In this document: piece by piece, positions 9,795 to 18,059 of the stretch
Layout: every line of letters starts with the position of its first letter
Position numbering within the stretch: the stretch's first letter is position 1
Source: an uncultured virus (IMG/VR IMGVR_UViG_3300037071_001584)
Taxonomy: Duplodnaviria; Heunggongvirae; Uroviricota; Caudoviricetes; Crassvirales
IMG/VR virus record: IMGVR_UViG_3300037071_001584
Location: 58,776 to 78,775 of that record
DNA length: 20,000 nucleotides
Reading direction: 5' to 3' (one strand)
Notes under the pieces: model-generated
Database searches by the model: none
What the model was told of the DNA's origin: nothing
What the model saw: the letters and a program-made list of their open reading frames with translations, nothing else
Position numbers and translations under genes: made by a program

Positions 9795-12002
9795 TTTAAA
9801 ATTCCTGCTAAAGAAAGGATCTTCTGATATCTTCTTAATGCGTTTATGTTCATTACTTTTAGCAGAATTAGTTCTTTTAACTCTATCCTCTCTAAGTATA
9901 AATAACATACCTGCAGAAGACACCCTATCGAAGTTACCATCTGAGTTCCAGGCAATACATTCTTCTAAGTAAGGAATAGTTCTAATAAGGTGTAAATTAA
10001 GTCTTTGATCTTCTTCATCTCCTTCGTTGTGTCTTTTTAACATAAATTGAGCTTGCAACAGTCTACCCCACTTGTTAACTTCTTTGTTAGCATGTGTACC
10101 TTTAGCCTTATTTCCATATAGATTAGTTGCTTTAACCATATCCATATCTTTAAGAATTTGAGGAACATCCGCTAAATAGTGTAAACAATTACGAGCATCA
10201 AAATAACTAAACAATCCTTTTAAATTAGATTCATAGTTAGCTTCACCATTATAAAACTTCAATACACGTAAGGCTGTTTCATATGCATCATTAGCAAGTC
10301 TAGGTCTACCAGTATACTCACAAACTATACGATCTGTGAATGTATCAAATCCGATAATACTAAATAAAGAAGTACCGGTATCAGCATCAATAGGGTCAAT
10401 TCCAAATATATATCTACCCCTTGTAACCACCCCTTCATTATTCTTCTTAGGCATCTCAAATATCTCAAGACATCCAGTTCTATCTGTATCTGAACTATCA
10501 TAAGCTCTTAAAGGAAACTTATCTGTAGGCTTCCATTCAACATCTCCAGTAGTTCCATACACTAGTTCTCCAATATAATGCTCTGCAAGAAAAGCCTCTT
10601 TACGAGGTCCAATTGATTCAAGGTAGTCTTTTATATCAGCAACAGGAAACACTGTCCCCTCTGTACGCATAATAGCCTCCTGAGGCGTGATAGGTTCCTC
10701 TGCCTTTCTCTGAGTAATAGCAGAAGCATCTGATGAACTATATTTAATAGTATGACGTTCCATTAATAATTCAAGTATAGCCTTGATAATATCTGGCTCG
10801 CCTGTCTTAATATCATAACATCCATTTCTATTTAAATATGCTCCCCAAAAGAATCCACATTCAGTTTCTCCATGAGCTCCTTTATCATATACATTAGGCA
10901 GTCCATATATATTATATGCTGCAGGTCTATAGAACAGCTTTTCAGAACCTGAGAATGAAGCACCTTCAACACCTCCAGTTCCACCTGCTAACATAAATCC
11001 TGTATTCACACTACCATCCTGTACTGCTTTCAAGTTAACGTTCCAAGCTTTCTCTAGATTAGGAAACAAACCATCTTCTTCATAATGAATTAATGGTCCT
11101 CTAATACCTCTAGCTTTATCTGGGTTATCCTTCATTGATATACAGAATACAGACGATAGGAGCCCTTTACGTGAACCATATTCATCTTTGTATCCTAACT
11201 GTACGTTCATCTCTTTTGTTGCATCTATCGTACGCATACGAGGCAATGGAGTGTGTTCAGCTATCCAGTCAAGACAGTCAAGTACCTTACCCCATATACC
11301 CTTATCACCAGAAAGGAAACCTTTATCTGATGCAAGGTGGAAGTTAGGATTACCTGATCCAGGAAACACATACATGTTCCTAGGAGACTCAGATGCATTC
11401 TTGAAACTAAATCCAATACCCCTTGTCTTAAGTATCTTACCATGTTTACCTAGGCGCTTTGCTCTTGCTGTATAGTGATAGTATAGATAATCTCCTAACC
11501 ATGTCTTAGCAAAGTCTTTAACACGCTCTCCTTGTGAACGTTCTTCTTTCTTACCTTGAGCAATAACCTTAGCTAACCATATAGGACTATAGTTCCAATA
11601 GAAATACAGCTCTCCTGGAATCCATTCTCCATCTTCACGTACCATTCCATACTTCCAACGTTTAAGTTCTTCTCTCCAGAATTCAGCATATTCAGATTTA
11701 GGATTACTATTTGGCGCTATATTTGTATACTTACCATTACGCTTAAAGAACAATGATCGTTCTCTAAAGTAATCCATGTTCTCAAGTATATGAGGATTAG
11801 TTATATCTACAAGTTTGCGTCCATCATCATACATTGTATCTACAGGTCTATCTTTAACAAACCCACGTATATGTTCAGGAGCAATAAGGTTCTTTAAGAA
11901 CTTTACTGTAGCTAAATACTCTAATAGATTATCCCATACTTCTTTAGGTACTGAATTCTGAAGTTCTTCTGTTATAGGTGTTTGATATCTGTTTAATTCC
12001 AT
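9792..12002 (-). CDS. terL: Terminase large subunit
   Basis: 736 aa with Walker A-like KTRGIGFS, Walker B IHYEEDG, and nuclease motifs YIFGIDPID and NFDRVSSA; upstream of portal. Confidence 0.93.
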   Translation of the reverse strand: MELNRYQTPITEELQNSVPKEVWDNLLEYLATVKFLKNLIAPEHIRGFVKDRPVDTMYDDGRKLVDITNPHILENMDYFRERSLFFKRNGKYTNIAPNSNPKSEYAEFWREELKRWKYGMVREDGEWIPGELYFYWNYSPIWLAKVIAQGKKEERSQGERVKDFAKTWLGDYLYYHYTARAKRLGKHGKILKTRGIGFSFKNASESPRNMYVFPGSGNPNFHLASDKGFLSGDKGIWGKVLDCLDWIAEHTPLPRMRTIDATKEMNVQLGYKDEYGSRKGLLSSVFCISMKDNPDKARGIRGPLIHYEEDGLFPNLEKAWNVNLKAVQDGSVNTGFMLAGGTGGVEGASFSGSEKLFYRPAAYNIYGLPNVYDKGAHGETECGFFWGAYLNRNGCYDIKTGEPDIIKAILELLMERHTIKYSSSDASAITQRKAEEPITPQEAIMRTEGTVFPVADIKDYLESIGPRKEAFLAEHYIGELVYGTTGDVEWKPTDKFPLRAYDSSDTDRTGCLEIFEMPKKNNEGVVTRGRYIFGIDPIDADTGTSLFSIIGFDTFTDRIVCEYTGRPRLANDAYETALRVLKFYNGEANYESNLKGLFSYFDARNCLHYLADVPQILKDMDMVKATNLYGNKAKGTHANKEVNKWGRLLQAQFMLKRHNEGDEEDQRLNLHLIRTIPYLEECIAWNSDGNFDRVSSAGMLFILREDRVKRTNSAKSNEHKRIKKISEDPFFSRNFK

Positions 12003-13456
12003 ACGCTTGGATTAAGTACTATACAGTCTGTAGATAGTACAGTTTTAGCTACTGACGCTGCATTCTCTAATGCACACCTAGTAACCTTTAATGGATCTAT
12101 AATGTTATTTAAAAACATATTCTTACTTGTATTAATCTTAGTTCCATTTGCAGCAATCATTCTAAATGGAGAAGTAAGCGACTCTGTTATTTGAAACTCT
12201 GGAGTGTTTTCTAAATAATCACCAAAGAATAGTTCTAAAGATTTGTACAAAGCAACCCCTCCACCTTCCACAATACCTTCTTCTAATGCACATGCCACTG
12301 CAAGTACTGCATCATCATATCTATCTTTGCGTTCTTTCATTTCAATCTCAGACTTACCGCCTACACGTATTAGTGTAGCCTTGGCTGTAAGGTTTTCAAT
12401 TCTTTTATTTAGAAGGTTCTTGTCGTAGTCAGACAAGTCAGGCAAGTCAGACAATCCTTTAATACCATTTACTATCTCATCTACGTTTATATCTTCATGT
12501 TTTACAAGTAAAGAATGATTCTTTGTAATTGTACAAGACTCCAGCTTGCCTAAACAGTTCGAATGAGCTGCTTTTCCTTGCGCTAGAGACACGATCTCTG
12601 CTCCAGTGAAGTCTGATATATCTCGAAGAAAATCTTTCCTTACAGGGCCAAATCCAGGAGTCTTAATTACACACAGATTTATGTTGCCTGACATTACATT
12701 TGTCTCTAACTTACGCATCTCTTTCTCAGACACATGTTCTGCAATGATAAGTAATGATTCATCTACAATAGATATCTTTGTCAGAATAGTCTTAAGTAGG
12801 TTCAGGTCTTCAATCTTACCATCAACAATCAATACGTGTGGATTACTAAACTCACATGTTTCTTTAGGAGTGTTTGCAAACCTTTTAGAGAAGAACGACA
12901 CATCCAATTTCATACCACTAATTTCCTCAATAGCATCTTCCAGACTATTAGACTCTTCTACTTTAACTATAGAAGAAAAATTATAAGCCTGTTGAATAAT
13001 ATTACCAATCTGTATATCGTTATTAGCAGATATACTAGCAACATATTTAATGTCTTCACGTTTTAATTCTCTTGAATTATCTTTTAAGTGTTGTAATACT
13101 TTAGGAATTATATCTTCAAAGGCTTTGTTAATCTCAAGTGAGTTGTAGCCTTTAAGGTTTTGTATAAATGCATTTGCCAATACTATTGCTGTAGTAGTTC
13201 CATCACCTGCTTGATCTACTGTTCGTTCTGCGACCTCTTTGACAAGGATCGCACCAAGCTGCTCAATTGGATCTTTAAAGTTAATTGCTCTAGCAACTGA
13301 CACTCCATCTTTTGTAACTCGTGGTTGTCCGTACTCATCACATATAATGACAGTTCTCCCACTTGGTCCCATTGTAGACGCAACTCCAGAATGCAACTTT
13401 CTGACTCCTTCGAATAATCTGTTTCTTGCTTCATCTGTAAAAAATATTTCTCCCAT
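11993..13456 (-). CDS. groEL: Phage-encoded group I chaperonin GroEL, shortened (487 aa)
   Basis: TMGPSGR, TKDGVSVA, AGDGTTTA, KTPGFG, EMKERKDRYDDA, EEGIVEGGG and IIDPLKVTRCALENAASVA motifs; no GGM tail. Confidence 0.96.
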   Translation of the reverse strand: MGEIFFTDEARNRLFEGVRKLHSGVASTMGPSGRTVIICDEYGQPRVTKDGVSVARAINFKDPIEQLGAILVKEVAERTVDQAGDGTTTAIVLANAFIQNLKGYNSLEINKAFEDIIPKVLQHLKDNSRELKREDIKYVASISANNDIQIGNIIQQAYNFSSIVKVEESNSLEDAIEEISGMKLDVSFFSKRFANTPKETCEFSNPHVLIVDGKIEDLNLLKTILTKISIVDESLLIIAEHVSEKEMRKLETNVMSGNINLCVIKTPGFGPVRKDFLRDISDFTGAEIVSLAQGKAAHSNCLGKLESCTITKNHSLLVKHEDINVDEIVNGIKGLSDLPDLSDYDKNLLNKRIENLTAKATLIRVGGKSEIEMKERKDRYDDAVLAVACALEEGIVEGGGVALYKSLELFFGDYLENTPEFQITESLTSPFRMIAANGTKINTSKNMFLNNIIDPLKVTRCALENAASVAKTVLSTDCIVLNPSVWN

Positions 13457-13458
13457 GA

Positions 13459-14025
13459 TTAATCTATTACGAGACCATCCTCAAATAATCCCATTGTTCT
13501 ACTTCCCCTAGTTCTTCCTTCTAATTCTTTTTGCTCAGCTAACACTTCTTTATAAGCAGCTTTTAAGTTCTGCATTATCTTTGGAAGCTTCTCTTGAGCA
13601 GTTGTAATCATAGGCAACGTAGTTACTGTTGCTCCATTATTAGTTCTCTCTCTTAATAGTTCATCTGTTATTCTAAGATACTCACTCATATCTCCTACAG
13701 ATTTAAGTGCATCTTGATATAGTTTTCCAATAACACTTACACTTCTTTCTCTATAGAAAGCTATTGCTTCTTGTACTTGTCTATCCATTGTCCAATCTTC
13801 AGGTAGACCTACATCTTTAATTATCTCCTTTTCTCTTTCTAAATCATTTGTTATATACATATAGTCAGACCTAATATCTACATAGAAATATATAAATAAC
13901 ATTTCTTTAAATGCAGTTTCTTTATTCCTACTCTTGTCTTTCTTAAGTATAGCCTTGAATGGCAATAGTCCCCATGCTTCTGGAGCAATTGTTAGACTGT
14001 AATCATGCATTTCAAATATCTTCAT
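13459..14025 (-). CDS. Conserved crAss-like helical protein upstream of terminase; putative terminase small subunit
   Basis: Likely start MKIFEM at 14025, because the track start at 14055 lies within a terminator stem. Motifs DKSRNKETAFKEMLFIYFYVDIRSDY and GLPEDW. The TerS role is inferred from position only. Confidence 0.55.
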   Translation of the reverse strand: MKIFEMHDYSLTIAPEAWGLLPFKAILKKDKSRNKETAFKEMLFIYFYVDIRSDYMYITNDLEREKEIIKDVGLPEDWTMDRQVQEAIAFYRERSVSVIGKLYQDALKSVGDMSEYLRITDELLRERTNNGATVTTLPMITTAQEKLPKIMQNLKAAYKEVLAEQKELEGRTRGSRTMGLFEDGLVID

Positions 14026-14038
14026 ATAATGTTGTTTT

Positions 14039-14074
14039 AAAAAACTATGCCCCATATAAAATATGAGGCTAGTT
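14039..14074 (-). terminator. Probable imperfect intrinsic terminator
   Basis: Minus strand AACTAGCCTCATAT-ttt-ATATGGGGCATAGTT then a T tract. Confidence 0.6.
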
Positions 14075-14077
14075 CTA

Positions 14078-14236
14078 TTAACTTACTAAATCATGCAACT
14101 TCTTTGTTAATTCAATAATGTAATTATCTTTTTGCTTTAACTCGCTATTCAATTTTTCTATTTGAATATCTTTAAACGCATTCATTGATACCAATGCAAT
14201 TACTACAAATACTAGTATAATTACTGTGTATGCCAT
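14078..14236 (-). CDS. 52-aa membrane-anchored coiled-coil protein; absent from the ORF track
   Basis: MAYTVIILVFVVIALVSMNAFKDIQIEKLNSELKQKDNYIIELTKKLHDLVS; ATG is 1 nt after the upstream stop. Confidence 0.75.
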   Translation of the reverse strand: MAYTVIILVFVVIALVSMNAFKDIQIEKLNSELKQKDNYIIELTKKLHDLVS

Positions 14237-14237
14237 C

Positions 14238-14435
14238 TTATGCTTTTTTAGCACGAACCTTTTTAACAGGAACTTCTTTCTCTACTACTGGTTCAGATAA
14301 ATCTTCATACTGACCAATAAACTTAACTACTGCGTCAAATGAATTAATAACTACTATTGCCTCTTGCAATGTAAATGCTCCAGACTTGTTTGCTGCGTTC
14401 AACGCGTTGTTTAATGTAATCAAATTCTCTCTCAT
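14238..14435 (-). CDS. Hypothetical protein (~65 aa)
   Basis: Likely start MRENLITL just after the GroES-like stop; contains GAFTLQEA and a basic tail. Confidence 0.7.
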   Translation of the reverse strand: MRENLITLNNALNAANKSGAFTLQEAIVVINSFDAVVKFIGQYEDLSEPVVEKEVPVKKVRAKKA

Positions 14436-14439
14436 AATC

Positions 14440-14793
14440 TTATCTATTATCTTTTGCTTTAATAAGTCTTTCATCTATTAGTGCATAAGGCACTCCATCT
14501 ATTTCATATAAATCAACCTTAACCTGCATAACTGCTTCGTATGCATTATTGTCTTCCGACTTTGTGGCAACCATCATTCTTTCAATATCGATGATTACTT
14601 TTTGACCTGGAGATACTTTAATATTCTTCCATTGTATTTCTCCTGCAACTACATATTGAACATCATCTAATACATTATCTGAAAATATCAATACACCATC
14701 TTCTTCTGCTTTATTCAAAGTAATGAATACTTTACCAAATAAAGGTTCTAAAGGAAATACATTTATAACATCTAATACATCATCTTGATTCAT
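14440..14793 (-). CDS. groES: Divergent GroES-like co-chaperonin
   Basis: LEPLFGKVFI ~ IRPLHDRVIV; DGVLIF ~ GGIVL mobile loop; VSPGQKVII ~ VKVGDIVIF; EIDGVPYALIDERLIKAK ~ KIDNEEVLIMSESDILAI. Start at 14793 (ATGA overlap) or 14808. Confidence 0.75.
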   Translation of the reverse strand: MNQDDVLDVINVFPLEPLFGKVFITLNKAEEDGVLIFSDNVLDDVQYVVAGEIQWKNIKVSPGQKVIIDIERMMVATKSEDNNAYEAVMQVKVDLYEIDGVPYALIDERLIKAKDNR

Positions 14794-15077
14794 TCTCTCT
14801 TCTCCCATTTCTCTATCAAATTACTTTTTTGTTTCTTAATCTTTTCATATACCATAAAATTAGTATATAACTTTCCAATGTGTGTATATATAAAATTAGT
14901 TTTAAGTTCTTTAAATTCCTCTTCAGTCATATTATCTTTTACATCTAAATTAGAAATAGTTTCTCTTGTGAACTTAAACTGAGCTTGTACTATCTTCTTG
15001 ACAATATCATCCTGTAAGTTAAACTCTAATCCTATACTATGTATTAATTTCTTAAGTCTAGGATCCTCCGCTTTCAT
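14790..15077 (-). CDS. HU/IHF-like DNA-binding protein
   Basis: 95 aa with a helix-helix N-terminus (LKKLIHSIG...IVKKIVQAQF) and NFIYTHIGKLY strand motif, as in IHF-like genes of crAss-like phages. Confidence 0.65.
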   Translation of the reverse strand: MKAEDPRLKKLIHSIGLEFNLQDDIVKKIVQAQFKFTRETISNLDVKDNMTEEEFKELKTNFIYTHIGKLYTNFMVYEKIKKQKSNLIEKWEKRE

Positions 15078-15465
15078 TATCTACTATGTTAAAGTTAAAT
15101 ATTAATTTAAAGTTCTTTGCTTTTAAATCTAATTCAGGTATATATACTTTAGATATCTCTCCATCTACTATAACATTCTTCTTTCTCAAGTTAGTTAATA
15201 TAGTCTGTAGAGCACTATCTGATAAACCATTCTCAAATACATCATCTTCCTTTATCTTCAACTTAGTATCGTAATCAAACAATACTCTCCATAGTATCTT
15301 ATTGTTGGTGATGTCCTTTCTGTATTGATAATGGTAGTATAGGAAAAGAGCTAATACTTGTTGTTGTTGATTATTCAGCTTATGAAAAGGCTTAGTTATC
15401 TCCATCCACTTAAAGAACAAGTCTTTAAGCTTTACATTCATATTAGCAACTTTACTATTACTCAT
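15058..15465 (-). CDS. Putative winged-helix DNA-binding protein
   Basis: Likely start MSNSK at 15465. PFHKLNNQQQQVL and GLSDSALQTILTNLRKKNVI resemble a MarR-like wHTH. Confidence 0.6.
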   Translation of the reverse strand: MSNSKVANMNVKLKDLFFKWMEITKPFHKLNNQQQQVLALFLYYHYQYRKDITNNKILWRVLFDYDTKLKIKEDDVFENGLSDSALQTILTNLRKKNVIVDGEISKVYIPELDLKAKNFKLIFNFNIVDNESGGS

Positions 15466-15634
15466 CTTCTCTGTCTTTAATTGTTCCTTCTCTTTGAGTG
15501 CTAATTTCGCTTGCAACTATACCGCTTATAAGATTTAATTTATATTTAAGACTATTAATATCGCTTCGTTGTTTAGCACATAATTCTGCTAAACGTTTTA
15601 TTAAGTCATCTTTATCTGCATCATCACTACTCAT
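15458..15634 (-). CDS. 58-aa coiled-coil hypothetical protein; absent from the ORF track
   Basis: MSSDDADKDDLIKRLAELCAKQRSDINSLKYKLNLISGIVASEISTQREGTIKDREDE; fills the gap with 8-nt overlaps on both sides. Confidence 0.7.
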   Translation of the reverse strand: MSSDDADKDDLIKRLAELCAKQRSDINSLKYKLNLISGIVASEISTQREGTIKDREDE

Positions 15635-16289
15635 TCTCTAAATATTTAATTATATCTGTTAATATAGGATTTCTATGATTGGCAGTCAATGTCTTGAATC
15701 CTACTAATCCAGATTCCTGTAGCTTCATAATTCTATGAAGACAACTATTCCCATTGATAGACTTATCTATCTGCTCTTTAGAGCCACAGAAAATCATTTT
15801 TGATCCTTCACCTAGTCTAGTTAAAATAGTCCTGAAATCATTATAATCCATGTCTTGGAACTCATCTACTATAACTACTGACTTAATAAACGTAACACCT
15901 TTAGCTACTTCAATAGGCATAATCTTAATCTCACCTTCTTTCAACATCTTGTCTGTAGCTTCTTTACCTTGGCAAACTTCTAAATTCTGAATGATTGGAA
16001 ACGTATATGGAGCCATCTTTTCTTCTAATGTACCTGGCAGTGCGGCTAGGTTATTCTTAAGCATTGGCCTTGTAATCCATATGTGGTCAATCTTGAACTC
16101 TCTACTTCTTTTTCTAAATGCTTTAAGTGCTGTATGTACAGCTGCTAAAGACTTTCCAGAACCAAAATCTCCTAATAGGAAATTAACATCATATTCGTAG
16201 AATAAAGCAACAAACTCTTTTTGCTCATCATTTAATTCTACCTTAAGTTTAGGTTCTGTTTTAAGAGGTTCTTTTAATGAATTAATCAT
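15627..16289 (-). CDS. phoH: PhoH-family ATPase
   Basis: LNDEQK, Walker A GDFGSGKS, ITRP, LPGTLEEKMAPY, Walker B VIVDEFQD, LTRLGEGSKMIFCG and HRNP. Confidence 0.92.
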   Translation of the reverse strand: MINSLKEPLKTEPKLKVELNDEQKEFVALFYEYDVNFLLGDFGSGKSLAAVHTALKAFRKRSREFKIDHIWITRPMLKNNLAALPGTLEEKMAPYTFPIIQNLEVCQGKEATDKMLKEGEIKIMPIEVAKGVTFIKSVVIVDEFQDMDYNDFRTILTRLGEGSKMIFCGSKEQIDKSINGNSCLHRIMKLQESGLVGFKTLTANHRNPILTDIIKYLENE

Positions 16290-16596
16290 CTTTTGAATTT
16301 TTAAAGTTTAGGTATTCATTTATGTTATTAAAATTCTGTAACTCATTAATTGAGCCACAACGCATACATACGTTATTATCGACCTCATCTGAAACGATGT
16401 GTAAACTTTTACAAAATCTACAAGCCACTACTGGCTCCTCATCGTAATTTGTAATTTTATCTTCCATTACTTCTCTTAATTTATTTTCAACGTCTTCAAT
16501 ATATTCTGAACCATAAATAGGAAATGGAGCTAAATTATCATAATATTTCAGGTGGCTCAATAAACTCTTGAGAGCTGTCTCTATCTTTCTTTCCAT
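16282..16596 (-). CDS. Zinc-ribbon protein
   Basis: YDEEPVVACRFCKSLHI...CMRCGS (CxxC...CxxC); start 16596 or 16605. Confidence 0.75.
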   Translation of the reverse strand: MERKIETALKSLLSHLKYYDNLAPFPIYGSEYIEDVENKLREVMEDKITNYDEEPVVACRFCKSLHIVSDEVDNNVCMRCGSINELQNFNNINEYLNFKNSKDD

Positions 16597-16759
16597 ACTT
16601 AACATGTATTTTAGCCTTCCATTTACTTTTATGTTGAGAAATATTAATTGAATAAGAATAATCCTTGTGTATTGTTTTAAATGGTTCTATAATACTTACA
16701 GCCTCATCTACCTTATCCAACACCCATTTTAATTCTGCTCCCTCTATAATATATATCAT
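16538..16759 (-). CDS. Hypothetical protein
   Basis: 73 aa, ATGA overlap with the upstream gene. Confidence 0.65.
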   Translation of the reverse strand: MIYIIEGAELKWVLDKVDEAVSIIEPFKTIHKDYSYSINISQHKSKWKAKIHVKYGKKDRDSSQEFIEPPEIL

Positions 16760-17043
16760 ATTCCATTATCTGCTTTAAACTTAATCCAATCTTCATTACT
16801 CATTAGATTAGGAAACCTAGCTCCTTTGTTACAAGATTCTCCTACAGAAGTCTTTCCTCTAAAGTCACATCCACAATAAACACACTTGTTAGTTACTGCG
16901 CAATCATCCTTACATAGTAGTCTTCTATATACAATCTGCTCTCTTACATGTTCTGGTTGTAGTTTTAACTCCTCTAATATTAGTTGGGTATTACCTTCTA
17001 AATAAGAAAGTATATTAGTTATTGTTATCATTCTTCCTGTCAT
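16756..17043 (-). CDS. Cys-rich putative Zn-binding protein
   Basis: EQIVYRRLLCKDDC...KCVYCGC...SCNKGARFPNLM; alternative start at 17031. Confidence 0.75.
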   Translation of the reverse strand: MTGRMITITNILSYLEGNTQLILEELKLQPEHVREQIVYRRLLCKDDCAVTNKCVYCGCDFRGKTSVGESCNKGARFPNLMSNEDWIKFKADNGI

Positions 17044-17260
17044 TTATCTTACCTAATACTAAGAACTTCTCCATAGGATCTAAGTCTCTATAGTCTAGAT
17101 AATCATTTATATTGTCTTCATTGTATTCTATAGAGAGATCTACCTTATCTGCTAATGCTTGCATATCATCCATTATCTTATAGAAAGCTTTAAGATGTGC
17201 TTTAACTTTTTTATCATTCTGAAGTTTATCCTTTCTGTATCCTTGCTTTAAAAAACTCAT
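17015..17260 (-). CDS. Hypothetical protein
   Basis: 81 aa, TAATG coupling. Confidence 0.7.
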   Translation of the reverse strand: MSFLKQGYRKDKLQNDKKVKAHLKAFYKIMDDMQALADKVDLSIEYNEDNINDYLDYRDLDPMEKFLVLGKINDRKNDNNN

Positions 17261-17535
17261 TAGTTACATAGTTTTAAGTAATTAAACTCTGTTTCTTTTA
17301 ACTCCATAAATCTAGACCTAGTCATCAATATTAAGTCAATCTCGAATTCAACGTCTACTTCATTATTCTGAGGATAGGAGACCTTATTATCAACTAAATA
17401 GTAATATCTACTCATAGTGTCTCTGATCATCTTTTCCTTTAAACCATCTATATGATCTTTATGTATTAAACCATTCTTTGACGGTAACGTATCTTTAACC
17501 ACTTCTCTAATCTCTATCTCTAACTTCTGGTTCAT
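17260..17535 (-). CDS. Hypothetical protein
   Basis: 91 aa within the tiled operon. Confidence 0.7.
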   Translation of the reverse strand: MNQKLEIEIREVVKDTLPSKNGLIHKDHIDGLKEKMIRDTMSRYYYLVDNKVSYPQNNEVDVEFEIDLILMTRSRFMELKETEFNYLKLCN

Positions 17536-17791
17536 ATGTCTTCATTATAAGGTTTGAATCTACTACTCTCTTGTCTCTTATTGTAATCTGTTCTCTTATT
17601 CTAGTATACTTATCAGCTACATAGATCTGAACTATATCTTCCTTCTCATTAAGTCTAAAGATACCAACATTAACGTCTAGTCTTCTATCCTTACTTCTAT
17701 ACTTATGTGTATAGTAATGAGACATATTAATCAAATCTTCCTGATGCCTTACTAAATCTTGTCTTATGTAAAAATACAATTTCTCTATCAT
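17507..17791 (-). CDS. Hypothetical protein
   Basis: 94 aa, TAATG coupling. Confidence 0.7.
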   Translation of the reverse strand: MIEKLYFYIRQDLVRHQEDLINMSHYYTHKYRSKDRRLDVNVGIFRLNEKEDIVQIYVADKYTRIREQITIRDKRVVDSNLIMKTYEPEVRDRD

Positions 17792-17985
17792 TACCTATAG
17801 TATATTTCAATGTTAAAAAATAATAAACCAATAACGAATCTATTCATTCTAATGATCTCTTCTCCTTCAATAGGATTACCATCATCATCAACTTTAAATC
17901 CTTCTAATGCTTGATTATAGAAACCTAGCATGATTTCAGTATTTTGGTCTCCCCATACAAACTCTAACCAAGTTGGTAATTTCAT
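17791..17985 (-). CDS. Hypothetical protein (~64 aa)
   Basis: Likely start MKLPTW at 17985, since the track TTG start lies inside the -7 promoter element. Confidence 0.7.
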   Translation of the reverse strand: MKLPTWLEFVWGDQNTEIMLGFYNQALEGFKVDDDGNPIEGEEIIRMNRFVIGLLFFNIEIYYR

Positions 17986-18009
17986 ATCTATGATTTTTAA
18001 ATTATAATA

Positions 18010-18041
18010 CAAAGGTATGTAAAAAAAATGACATATGCAAA
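18010..18041 (-). promoter_or_regulatory. Bacteroidota-type promoter
   Basis: Minus strand TTTG (18041-18038), 20-nt spacer, TACCTTTG (18017-18010). Confidence 0.8.
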
Positions 18042-18059
18042 TAAAATTGCAATTATTTT

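Noticed and set aside
9792..12002. Intron or intein in terminase (also checked portal and capsid)
   Set aside because: Frames are continuous, lengths look normal, and no intein splice or homing-endonuclease motifs were seen.
11993..13456. groEL as host contamination or a pseudogene
   Set aside because: It has tight junctions with phage genes on both sides, similar base composition, an intact frame and intact ATPase motifs.
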